From Acidimicrobiales bacterium (GTDB lineage: Bacteria; Actinomycetota; Acidimicrobiia; Acidimicrobiales; Salinilacustritrichaceae), in NCBI GenBank assembly GCA_037968675.1, contig JBBKVY010000095.1, positions 7,294-71,293 of the forward strand: a stretch of DNA of 64,000 nucleotides, written 5' to 3'. The notes beneath the pieces are model-generated. The model worked only from the letters and a program-made list of their open reading frames with translations. It ran no database searches and was not told the DNA's origin. Numbering within the stretch: the first letter of the stretch is position 1; each line of letters starts with the position of its first letter. Below are positions 39,226 to 48,259 of this stretch, one piece after another. The position numbers and the translations under genes are program-made.

Positions 39226-40451
39226 GAGGTCCTCTCGGCCAACGCCGCAGTCATCTCGACGACCCCGTCACCCCGTCGAACGTGCAGGATCACCGCGTCG
39301 CCCGGCGCTCGTCCCCGGAGTTCGGCGATCAGTTGGCTCATCGACCCGATGACCGCATCGTCGATGCCGACCACCACGTCGCCCGGTGTCAGGCCGGCCG
39401 CGGCCGCGGGGCTGTCCTCGAGCACGTCTTCGACCTTCGCGCCGCCGGAGAGGCCCATGCCGGCTGCGGCCGATGGATCGAGGTCGATCCCCTCGATGCC
39501 CAACCAGACGTGGCGGACGCGCCCGTACTCGATGAGCTGGTCGGCGGCGTGAACGGCGAGGTCGATCGGCATCGCCACGCCGTACGCGCGTTCCCGGTCG
39601 TCGGCAGCCGGCATCCCGCTGGCGATCCCGATGACCGCGCCGCTGGCGTCGAGCAGCGGCCCGCCGCGTGCGTCGACGGCTGGCGGGTCGTCGAGCAGGA
39701 TCATGCCGTGGAGGACGCTTCCCTCCGGGGTGCGGAGGCGGCGGCCGAGGGCAGACACGACCGTTCGGTCGATCGATGCGCCCCAATCGCCGCCGTCGGT
39801 GTGCCCCATCACGATCGCCTCGTGACCGACGCGAACGCCTGCGGCCGTGCCCAGGGGTGCGGGCTCGAGGTCGTCGGCGTCGATCCGCAACACCGCGAGG
39901 TCGGTGGCCTCGTCCACGCCGACCACCTCGGCCGGGGTCATCGGCCAGCCCTTGAGGCGGACCTCGATCGCGTCGGCGTCGGCGACGAGGGCAGCCGTGG
40001 TCAGGAGGTGGCCGTCGCTGCGTATCACGATGGCCGTGCCCGTGACGCGGGCGTCGCCGCGGGAGATGTAGACGCCGGCGACCGACGGCGAGGTCCGCTC
40101 GGTGATCGCGTGGATGCCGTCGTCTCCGACAGAGCTGGTCACGGGCTGGATCGCGACCTGGCGCTCGACGACTCGGGTGCGGGTCGCGAAGCCGCCGAGC
40201 GCAGCGACGAGCCCGATCGAGAGCGTGGCACCGATCAGCGCCGCCGCGGTGGCGAGGACGACGGTGTTGCGACTCGACGGGACCCCGGCACCGGGAGATT
40301 CGGGCTCGCGCGCCGCCGGGGCCGCCACCTCCGAGGGATGGCGCCAGATCCGGTCTTCGGGTGGCAACGGCGGACGGAACTCGATCGGATCGTCGGTCGA
40401 GTCGTGGTCGCCGTGCCCCTCGCCGGTATCGCCCGATGGCGGCAGTGGCAC
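39222..40451 (-). CDS. S1C trypsin-like protease with PDZ domain (HtrA-like, catalytic residues degenerate)
   Basis: FRPPLPPEDRIWRHPSE, a TM helix, LLTTAALV in place of TNxHV, ARGGPLL in place of NSGG, and a PDZ. GTG follows TAGGGT by 7 nt. Confidence 0.82.
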   Translation of the reverse strand: MPLPPSGDTGEGHGDHDSTDDPIEFRPPLPPEDRIWRHPSEVAAPAAREPESPGAGVPSSRNTVVLATAAALIGATLSIGLVAALGGFATRTRVVERQVAIQPVTSSVGDDGIHAITERTSPSVAGVYISRGDARVTGTAIVIRSDGHLLTTAALVADADAIEVRLKGWPMTPAEVVGVDEATDLAVLRIDADDLEPAPLGTAAGVRVGHEAIVMGHTDGGDWGASIDRTVVSALGRRLRTPEGSVLHGMILLDDPPAVDARGGPLLDASGAVIGIASGMPAADDRERAYGVAMPIDLAVHAADQLIEYGRVRHVWLGIEGIDLDPSAAAGMGLSGGAKVEDVLEDSPAAAAGLTPGDVVVGIDDAVIGSMSQLIAELRGRAPGDAVILHVRRGDGVVEMTAALAERTS

Positions 40452-40574
40452 CTGATCGACCCTACTGAGCCCTTCCGTCCCGCGGAGGTCGCGCCAGGTA
40501 CCGTGGGGCGCGATTCGATTCGGCTGCGATGGGCGACGCCGGAAACCGGCCCACTCGAGGAACGACTGGCTGCG

Positions 40575-41084
40575 ATGACTTCCCCGGACATGCTGGCGCC
40601 ACCGGCCCATGGCGACGACTGGCTGGGCCTGTCGTCGGTGGTGCTGCCGGTGCACGCGGCTGCGACGTGGGCCGCGCGCGCCGACTGCGGGGGCATCGTG
40701 ACCTTCACGGGCGCAGCGCGCGACCACAGCGAGGGCCGTCCCGACGTCGATCTGCTCGAGTACGAGGCGTACGAGACGCAGGTCGTCCCCCGGCTGGCAC
40801 GGATCGCGGTCGAGGCGCGCGCCCAGTGGACCACGATCGGCCGAATTGTCATGTTGCACCGGACCGGCCAGTTGGACGTGGGCGACGTCGCGGTCGTCGT
40901 GACCGTCAGCGCGCCGCATCGCGACGACGCGTTCGCGGGGGCGCGGTTCTGCATCGACACACTCAAGGCGACGGTTCCGGTCTGGAAGAAGGAGCGCTGG
41001 GCCGAGGGGTCCAGTTGGGGACTCGAGGCCCAGCACGTCACCGACCCGGAGCGTGCGCACCAGCACGCGGGAGACGGATCCTGA
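40575..41084 (+). CDS. moaE: Molybdopterin synthase catalytic subunit
   Basis: GGIVTFTGAARDH, LEYEAY, HRTG, SAPHRDDAF and LKATVPVWKKE. Confidence 0.92.
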   Translation: MTSPDMLAPPAHGDDWLGLSSVVLPVHAAATWAARADCGGIVTFTGAARDHSEGRPDVDLLEYEAYETQVVPRLARIAVEARAQWTTIGRIVMLHRTGQLDVGDVAVVVTVSAPHRDDAFAGARFCIDTLKATVPVWKKERWAEGSSWGLEAQHVTDPERAHQHAGDGS

Positions 41085-41467
41085 TGGTCGTGACGATCGT
41101 GGTGATCGTGGGGATCATCGGCATCGGCGTCGGCATCCTCGCGTTCCGGTCCCGGACCGAGAAGGGAATCGAGTCGGGCATCACCTCGTTCCGGCGTGAG
41201 CTGCACGCGTTGGCGCCCCACCCGGATGAGGACCATCGGCTCTCGATCCCGGAGCGGACCCCGGACGAGGCCCGTGGCCTGACGATCATGCCCGACGAGG
41301 TCGGAGACGTGGTCGAAGACGAGTCTGTCGACGACGAGGCGGTCGGGGACGACGCCCCGTCGGTGGAGACGACGGCGCCCGAGATCGACGAGCCCGAGGT
41401 TGTCGAGCCCGAGATCGACGAGCCCGAGGCGGCCCCCGCCGAGTCGACCGAACGTCCGGACGCCTGA
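41084..41467 (+). CDS. Small single-pass membrane protein with acidic tail
   Basis: N-terminal TM helix, IESGITSFRRELHALAP and a Glu/Asp/Pro tail. TGATG coupling to moaE. Confidence 0.72.
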   Translation: MVVTIVVIVGIIGIGVGILAFRSRTEKGIESGITSFRRELHALAPHPDEDHRLSIPERTPDEARGLTIMPDEVGDVVEDESVDDEAVGDDAPSVETTAPEIDEPEVVEPEIDEPEAAPAESTERPDA

Positions 41468-41469
41468 CC

Positions 41470-42474
41470 ATGGCCCGCGATCTGGCCATCGACCTCGGAA
41501 CGGCCAACACCCTCGTGTACGCCAAGGGCCACGGCATCGTGATGAACGAGCCGACCGTCATCGCGCTGAACAAGCGAAACGGCGATGTGCTGGCCATGGG
41601 CGCCGAGGCGTGGCAGATGATCGGTCGGACGCCGAGCTACATCGTGGCCGTCCGGCCCCTGCGGCAGGGGGCGATCACCGACTTCGACATCACGCAGCGC
41701 ATGATCCGCCTGATCCTCCAGCGCGCCGGCGTCAACCGCTTCAATCGCCCACGGGTCGTCATCTGCGTGCCGTCGGCCATCACCGAGGTCGAACGTCGGG
41801 CCGTGACCGAGGCTGCTCGGCGCGCCGGTGCCGCCGACGCCCAGCTGCTCGAACAGCCCATGGCGGCAGCCATCGGCGCCGAACTCCCCATCCACGAACC
41901 GGTCGCGAACATGGTCATCGACGTGGGGGGCGGGACGAGCGAGACCGCGCTCATCAGCCTGGGCGGAATCGTCGCGCTCCAGGCGGTGCGCGTCGGCAGC
42001 TTCGACATCGACGCAGCGATCCAGCACTACATCCGTCGCGAGTACGGCATCGCCATCGGCGAACGCACCGCAGAGGAGATCAAGATCGCCATCGGCTCGG
42101 CCTGGCCCGTCGACGACGACGTACGCGCCGAGGTGCGCGGTCGCGATCTCATGAGTGGGTTGCCGAAGACGGTCATCCTCACCACTCCCGAGGTGCGCGA
42201 GGCGATCGCCGAACCGGTCACGGCCATCATCGAATCGGTGATCTCGTGCCTGGGCAACGCCCCGCCCGAACTCGCCCACGACCTCATCGGTCAGGGCATG
42301 TACCTCGTCGGTGGCGGCGGGATGCTCAAGGGACTCGACGTGCGGATATCGGTCGAGACGGACATCCCCGTGACCTTGGTCGAGCAACCCCTCGAAGCCG
42401 TCGTGTTCGGCGCCGGTCGGTGCATCGAGCGCTACGACGACCTCAAGGTGATGTTCATGGGCGGGCGGCTCTGA
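41470..42474 (+). CDS. mreB: Rod shape-determining actin homologue MreB (no mreCD here)
   Basis: IDLGTANTLVY, DVGGGTSE, IGERTAEEIKI and VGGGGML. Confidence 0.93.
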   Translation: MARDLAIDLGTANTLVYAKGHGIVMNEPTVIALNKRNGDVLAMGAEAWQMIGRTPSYIVAVRPLRQGAITDFDITQRMIRLILQRAGVNRFNRPRVVICVPSAITEVERRAVTEAARRAGAADAQLLEQPMAAAIGAELPIHEPVANMVIDVGGGTSETALISLGGIVALQAVRVGSFDIDAAIQHYIRREYGIAIGERTAEEIKIAIGSAWPVDDDVRAEVRGRDLMSGLPKTVILTTPEVREAIAEPVTAIIESVISCLGNAPPELAHDLIGQGMYLVGGGGMLKGLDVRISVETDIPVTLVEQPLEAVVFGAGRCIERYDDLKVMFMGGRL

Positions 42475-42586
42475 GCACGCCGGCACGATCCGTCGCGGTG
42501 TGACTCGTGTCTCAGCGTCGCTGGTACTGTCGGACGCGTCATGACAGCTCGTCACGCACGGCCGGTCCGGCAGCACCCGTGGCCGG

Positions 42587-43432
42587 TTGACCATCGCCCA
42601 GGGGGCTCTCACCATCGCCATCGCTGACGCACCAGCGGCCGGGCCGTCGATACTCACGGTCACCAATCTCGAGGTCTTCTACAACGACGTCATCCTCGGC
42701 CTCCGGGGTCTGTCGCTCGACGTTCCGGACGGCCAGATCGTCGCGCTCCTCGGGAGCAACGGTGCCGGCAAGACGACCCTGCTGCGTGCTGTGACGGGCC
42801 TGCTCGAGCATCACGAAGCCGAGATCACCAAGGGCACCGTCTCGCTCCGGGGCACGGACATCACCGATGCAGGAGCATCGGAGATCGTCCGATCCGGCGT
42901 TGCCCAGGTCATGGAAGGCCGTCGCATCTTCGCCGAACTCACCGTCGACGAGAACCTCCGGGCCGGCGCCTTCACGGTGCGGGACCGAGGCACGATCTCC
43001 GCCAACCATCAACGGGTCATGGACATGTTCCCCGTCCTCGCCGAGCGGCGCAGGTCGGTGGCCGGCTACCTGTCCGGCGGCGAGCAGCAGATGTTGGTCA
43101 TCGGCCGCGCGCTGATGTCATCGCCGCAACTCCTCCTGCTCGACGAACCGTCGCTCGGCCTCGCGCCGCTCATCGTCGAACAGATCAAGGACATCATCGT
43201 GGCCCTCAACGAGCAGGGCACCAGCGTGCTCCTGGTCGAGCAGAACGCGGTCATGGCGCTCTCGATCGCCCATCACGGGTACGTGATCGATACCGGCAAG
43301 GTGGTGCGCGACGGGCCGGGTCGCGAGCTCCTCGCCGACTCCGAGGTCCAGGAGGCCTATCTGGGCACCGGGGAGAGCCGCGTGTCGTTCCGCGATGTCA
43401 AGACGTACCGGAAGAAGCGGAGGTGGTCCTGA
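42587..43432 (+). CDS. ABC ATPase, LivF-like (start uncertain)
   Basis: GSNGAGKTT, LSGGEQQML and LLDEPSLGLAP. Confidence 0.9.
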   Translation: MTIAQGALTIAIADAPAAGPSILTVTNLEVFYNDVILGLRGLSLDVPDGQIVALLGSNGAGKTTLLRAVTGLLEHHEAEITKGTVSLRGTDITDAGASEIVRSGVAQVMEGRRIFAELTVDENLRAGAFTVRDRGTISANHQRVMDMFPVLAERRRSVAGYLSGGEQQMLVIGRALMSSPQLLLLDEPSLGLAPLIVEQIKDIIVALNEQGTSVLLVEQNAVMALSIAHHGYVIDTGKVVRDGPGRELLADSEVQEAYLGTGESRVSFRDVKTYRKKRRWS

Positions 43433-44298
43433 TGGCTCCCGCCACCACCAGCGTTCCGCCCATGCTGACGGTCACCGACGTCGTCCTTCGTTTCGGCGGT
43501 GTCACCGCACTGGACGACGTGAGCTTCGAGGTGTATCCGGGCGAGTTGTTCGCCATCATCGGCCCGAACGGGGCGGGCAAGACGTCGATGTTCAACTGCC
43601 TCAACGCCGTCTACGTCCCCCAGCAGGGCAAGATCGTGCTCGACGGCGACGATGTCACGGGCAAGAAGCCGGCCGAGACGGCCCGGATGGGTATTGCTCG
43701 GACGTTCCAGAACCTCGGCCTGTTCGCGAACCTCGACGTGATCGACAACCTGATGCTCGGCCGCCACAACCGGATGAAGACCGGCTTCCTGGCCGGTGCA
43801 CTCTGGCTGGGAAGGGCTCGTCGCGAGGAGATCGAGCACCGACGTCGGGTCGAGGAGATCATCGAGCTGCTCGAGCTGCAGGTGGTCCGCAAACAACCCG
43901 TCGGACTGCTGCCGTACGGCGTCCAGAAGCGGATCGAACTCGGCCGGGCGTTGGCCATGGACCCCCGTCTCCTCCTGCTGGATGAACCCGTCGCCGGCAT
44001 GAACCTGGAAGAGACCCAGGACATGGCCCGCTACATCATCGAGATCCAGGAGGAGCTCGGGCTGACCATGATCCTCGTCGAACACGACATGCCGCTGGTC
44101 ATGGACCTGGCCGACCGGGTGATGGCGCTCGACTTCGGGACGCCGATCGCGACCGGTCCCCCGGCCGAGATCCAGGACAACCCGCGCGTCATCGAGGCAT
44201 ATCTCGGACAGCCCGCGGACGCAACCGCGCGAGACGCCGTCCACCACGTGCTCGAGAGCCGTCACCACGCCGAGACGGAAGGGGAGGGCGTCCGATGA
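43423..44298 (+). CDS. ABC ATPase, LivG-like
   Basis: GPNGAGKTS, ARTFQN, LPYGVQKRIELGRAL and DEPVAGMN. Confidence 0.92.
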   Translation: MVLMAPATTSVPPMLTVTDVVLRFGGVTALDDVSFEVYPGELFAIIGPNGAGKTSMFNCLNAVYVPQQGKIVLDGDDVTGKKPAETARMGIARTFQNLGLFANLDVIDNLMLGRHNRMKTGFLAGALWLGRARREEIEHRRRVEEIIELLELQVVRKQPVGLLPYGVQKRIELGRALAMDPRLLLLDEPVAGMNLEETQDMARYIIEIQEELGLTMILVEHDMPLVMDLADRVMALDFGTPIATGPPAEIQDNPRVIEAYLGQPADATARDAVHHVLESRHHAETEGEGVR

Positions 44299-46133
44299 CC
44301 GCGGTGGCCGAACGTTCCGAGGCGGTCGCCGGGGATCCGGAGTCTGCGAGCAGCCTCCCCGCGATCCTGCTCGCCCGTGCCGTGCAGACACCCGATCGGG
44401 TGGCGTTGCGCTCCAAGGACTTGGGCCGCTGGCGGGAGGTCGACTACGCGACGCTCGCCGAACGATCAGCCGCAGTGGGTATGGGGCTCGTCGCGCTGGG
44501 CGTCACCGTTGGCGACGCGGTCGCCATCCACGCCGAGAACCGCCCGGAGTGGGTCGAAGCCGATCTCGGCATCCAGGGCATCGGCGCGGTCGCGGTCGGC
44601 GTGTATCCAACGAGCCCGGCGGCCGAATGTGAGTACCTGCTCGGGCACTCCGAGTCCGTCGTGCTCTTCGCCGAGGACGAGGAGCAGGTCGACAAGGCGC
44701 TCGAGGTGCGAGCGAACCTTCCCCGCCTGCGGCACATCGTGGTGTTCGACGCGCGCGGCGTGCGCTCCATCGACGAAGACCCCATGCTCCTGCGATACGA
44801 GGAGTTCCTCGCCCTCGGCCGCGACAACGGTGGCCTCGACCGCTGGCGCGACGAGGTGGCTCGTGTCGGCCCGGAGGACGTCTCGATCATCGTCTACACG
44901 TCGGGTACGACCGGTCCGCCCAAGGGTGCACAACTCTGCCAGCGCAACCTGTTGTCGGCGATCTCGACCTATCGGGAGCTCTACGACGTCAGTCGACATG
45001 ACGAGGTGCTCTCGTACCTCCCGCTGTGTCACATCGCCGAGCGCCTGGTCTCGGTCATCAATGCGCTCGGCGCCGGGTACGTCGTGAACTTCGGCGAGGG
45101 CGGCGAGTCGTTCAACACCGATCTCCAGGAGGTCCAACCGACCTTCCTCCTCGGTGTGCCGCGGGTGTGGGAGAAGATGCTCGCCGGGGTCACGCTCCGG
45201 GTCGAGGACTCGTCACGACTCAAGCGAGCCTTCTACCGCTTCTGGCTCGCGCAGGGTCACACCGTCGCCGAGCACCGGCGGCACGGTCGCTTCGGCGCGC
45301 TGGACCGCATCCGTCACGCCCTCGGATGGGCACTGCTCTACCGATCGTTGCGAACCAAGCTCGGGCTCGGCCGGATCCGGGTGGCGCTCTCCGGTGCCGC
45401 GCCGATCGCCCCGCAGGTCCTGGAGTACTTCTGGTCGATCGGCGTCCCGGTCCGCGAGGGCTACGGCCAGACCGAGAACACCGCCCAGGCCACGGGGATG
45501 CCGGCCGACGACGTCCGGCTCGGCACGGTCGGCACGGCCATCCCCGGCGTCGAGATCCGCATCGCCGACGACGGCGAGATCCTGACCCGGAGCGATGGCG
45601 TCTTCGTGGGCTATCTGAAGAACGCCGAAGCCAATGCCGAGACCATCGACGCCGAGGGCTGGCTCCACACGGGTGACGTCGGAACGGTCGATGCTGACGG
45701 GTACCTCACGATCACCGACCGCAAGAAGGACATCATCATCACGGCCGGTGGGAAGAACATCAGCCCGTCAGAGATCGAGAACCGGCTGAAGGTGTCGCCG
45801 TTCGTCCAGGAGGTGATCGTCGTCGGTGATCGTCGCAAGTACCTGACCGCGCTCGTCGCCGTCGATCCCGAGATGGTCGGCAACTGGTGTACGCGAGAAG
45901 GCCTGTCGTTCACGACACTCGACGACCTGACGAAGAAGCCAGAGGTGGTCGCGCTCGTGCAGGGCGTGGTCGACGAGGCCAACGCCGAACTCGCCCAGGT
46001 CGAGACGATCAAGCAGTTCACGTTGCTCTCCAAGGAGCTCGACCACGGAGACGGTGAGGTCACCGCGACCCAGAAGGTCAAGCGAGCCGCCATCGCACGT
46101 GACTACGCCGACGTGATCGAGGCCATGTACTGA
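44295..46133 (+). CDS. Long-chain acyl-CoA synthetase embedded in the ABC operon
   Basis: YTSGTTGPPKG, YLPLCHIAER, EGYGQTE, TGDVG and DRKKDIIITAGGKNISP. Confidence 0.93.
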   Translation: MTAVAERSEAVAGDPESASSLPAILLARAVQTPDRVALRSKDLGRWREVDYATLAERSAAVGMGLVALGVTVGDAVAIHAENRPEWVEADLGIQGIGAVAVGVYPTSPAAECEYLLGHSESVVLFAEDEEQVDKALEVRANLPRLRHIVVFDARGVRSIDEDPMLLRYEEFLALGRDNGGLDRWRDEVARVGPEDVSIIVYTSGTTGPPKGAQLCQRNLLSAISTYRELYDVSRHDEVLSYLPLCHIAERLVSVINALGAGYVVNFGEGGESFNTDLQEVQPTFLLGVPRVWEKMLAGVTLRVEDSSRLKRAFYRFWLAQGHTVAEHRRHGRFGALDRIRHALGWALLYRSLRTKLGLGRIRVALSGAAPIAPQVLEYFWSIGVPVREGYGQTENTAQATGMPADDVRLGTVGTAIPGVEIRIADDGEILTRSDGVFVGYLKNAEANAETIDAEGWLHTGDVGTVDADGYLTITDRKKDIIITAGGKNISPSEIENRLKVSPFVQEVIVVGDRRKYLTALVAVDPEMVGNWCTREGLSFTTLDDLTKKPEVVALVQGVVDEANAELAQVETIKQFTLLSKELDHGDGEVTATQKVKRAAIARDYADVIEAMY

Positions 46134-47032
46134 TGGGGAAGTTCCTCGACCTCACTGCCAACGGCGTGGCCACCGGGATGATCTACGCGTTGATCGCGCT
46201 CGGCTTCGTCATCATCTACAAGGCGACGCACGTCCTGAACTTCGCCCAGGGTGGCCTGGTCGCGCTCGGCGCGTACTTCACCTACAACGCCTCGGTGACC
46301 TGGGGCCTGCCGTTCCCACTCGCCTGCGTGCTCGGCGTGCTGATGACCGCGGCCCTCGGCGTCGTGGTCGAGCGCCTGGTCCTGCAGCGCATGGTGGGCC
46401 AACCGGTGTTCGCGGTGATCATGGTCACGATCGGCCTCCTGTTCATGATGAATGCCTTCATCGAGGCCGTCTGGGGTGCCGAACGGCTCAACCAGGGCGA
46501 CCCCTGGGGTCTGCAGACCGTGCGCATCGGCGATGTCGCGCTCGAGCACCGTGAACTGTGGGCGATGGGCACAGCCCTGGTGATCCTCGCGGCGTTCTTC
46601 GCCTTCTTCCGCTTCAGCCCGCTGGGCGTCGCCATGCGGGCGACGGCGGTCGACCAGGAGGCGGCGACCGCGCAGGGCATCAGCCCCCGCATGATCTTCG
46701 CCCTGTCGTGGGGCATCGCCGGCGGTGTCGGCGCCGTCGCCGGGATCTTCCTCACCACCGGGAGTCGAGCCGCCGAACCGGCCGTCGGACTGATCGCCCT
46801 GGTCGCGTTCCCGGCCATCATCCTCGGTGGGCTCGACTCACCCATCGGCGCGGTCGTCGGCGGGATCATCATCGGGATCACCCAGAACCTGACCGGCGGC
46901 TACATCAACACCAACTTCGAGGACGTCGTCGGCACCACGTTCGACCGCGTCATGCCCTACGTGGTCATGATCGTCATCCTGCTCGTTCGGCCGTACGGGC
47001 TCTTCGGCACGAAGGAGGTGCAGCGAATATGA
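46133..47032 (+). CDS. ABC permease, LivH-like
   Basis: YALIALGFVIIYKAT..LNFAQG, GVAMRATA and GGLDS. Confidence 0.92.
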   Translation: MGKFLDLTANGVATGMIYALIALGFVIIYKATHVLNFAQGGLVALGAYFTYNASVTWGLPFPLACVLGVLMTAALGVVVERLVLQRMVGQPVFAVIMVTIGLLFMMNAFIEAVWGAERLNQGDPWGLQTVRIGDVALEHRELWAMGTALVILAAFFAFFRFSPLGVAMRATAVDQEAATAQGISPRMIFALSWGIAGGVGAVAGIFLTTGSRAAEPAVGLIALVAFPAIILGGLDSPIGAVVGGIIIGITQNLTGGYINTNFEDVVGTTFDRVMPYVVMIVILLVRPYGLFGTKEVQRI

Positions 47033-48183
47033 GTGTCTCGACCCCATCGAGGCGGCGGTTGCGCAACCTGCGCATGCCGACGAGCTACGCCGACGATCTC
47101 CGTCTCCTGCCCTCACGCTGGCTCCGGGTCAGCGTCGCGGTGGGCGTGCTCTTCATCCTGTCGCTCCCGTTCTGGACGCCCGAGTTCTTCGTCAACGAGA
47201 GCGTGTGGAACCGCCTGTGGGTGACCATCGGCATCTTCACCATCGGTGCATTGGGCCTCAACCTGCTCACCGGGTTCACGGGCCAGGTCTCGCTCGGCCA
47301 TGCGTTCTTCATCGGTGCCGGCTCCTACGCGTCAGCACAGTTCGGCGCAGAATGGGGCGTCCCGCTCGCCGGATGGCTGCTGATGTGTGCCGCCGTCGGC
47401 GCGATCGTCGGCACAGTCATCGGCCCGTTCGCACTCCGACTCCGCGGCGACTATCTGGTGATCATCACCTTCGGTCTCGTCATCATCGGCCAGCACCTGT
47501 TCAGCAACTGGGATTCGGTCACCGGGGGTGGCAGCGGTGTCAACTTCCAGGCCCCGACCACCCTGGTGCCGGGCGTCGACTTCGCCGAGATCACGCTCTT
47601 CGGCCACGAGTTCTCGCGCGACGAAGGGTTCATCTACCTGGTGTGGCTCGTGGCGCTGATCAGCATCGTGCTGGTCAAGAACATCGTCCGGACTCGTCCC
47701 GGTCGTGCCTTCCAGGCCGTGCGCGACCGCGATCTCGCGGCCGAGGTCATCGGTGTCTCCTTGTTCCGCTACAAGGTCGGCGCATTTGCCATCTCCTCAG
47801 CACTGGCCGCAGTGGCCGGCGGGCTCTTCGGCGCCCACGCACAGTTCGTCGAGCCGACGCAGTTCAGCATCTTCCTGTCGATCGAGTACGTGGCCATCAT
47901 CATCATCGGCGGTCTCGGCACGGTGTTCGGGACGGTGCTCGGCGCCGTCTTCTTCGAGCTCTTGCCCGAGGTCGTCAACAAGGGCCTCGAGTTCTACGTC
48001 CCCCCGTTCGTCAAGGACCCCAACGACCCCCTCGCCACGAAGGGTGTCATCACCGTCGACAACCTCGAACAGATGCTGCGCGGTCTGGTGATCGTGCTGT
48101 TCTTGATGTTCGAGCCCCGAGGACTCGCTGCCATCTGGCGGCGCGTGAAGACCTACTTTCTGACCTGGCCGTTCAGCTACTGA
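47029..48183 (+). CDS. ABC permease, LivM-like
   Basis: LNLLTGFTGQVSLGHAFF, LRLRGDYL, GRAFQAVRDRDLAA and IIGGLGTV. Confidence 0.92.
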   Translation: MSVSTPSRRRLRNLRMPTSYADDLRLLPSRWLRVSVAVGVLFILSLPFWTPEFFVNESVWNRLWVTIGIFTIGALGLNLLTGFTGQVSLGHAFFIGAGSYASAQFGAEWGVPLAGWLLMCAAVGAIVGTVIGPFALRLRGDYLVIITFGLVIIGQHLFSNWDSVTGGGSGVNFQAPTTLVPGVDFAEITLFGHEFSRDEGFIYLVWLVALISIVLVKNIVRTRPGRAFQAVRDRDLAAEVIGVSLFRYKVGAFAISSALAAVAGGLFGAHAQFVEPTQFSIFLSIEYVAIIIIGGLGTVFGTVLGAVFFELLPEVVNKGLEFYVPPFVKDPNDPLATKGVITVDNLEQMLRGLVIVLFLMFEPRGLAAIWRRVKTYFLTWPFSY

Positions 48184-48259
48184 TGCAGTTCGTCGCTGAC
48201 GGTGGTCGCAAGCAGGACCCCATCCCCATGACCCCGATACATCGACAGAGAGAGAGACC

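Noticed and set aside
41377-41429. 23-bp direct repeat at 30-bp period
   Set aside because: It simply encodes PEIDEPE twice in a low-complexity acidic tail. Similar PE repeats occur at about 53170-53200.
42541-42627. His-rich 28-aa upstream ORF before the Liv-type operon as an attenuator peptide
   Set aside because: It has no SD and no terminator/antiterminator structure that I could find, and its composition is what an off-frame GC-rich sequence gives.
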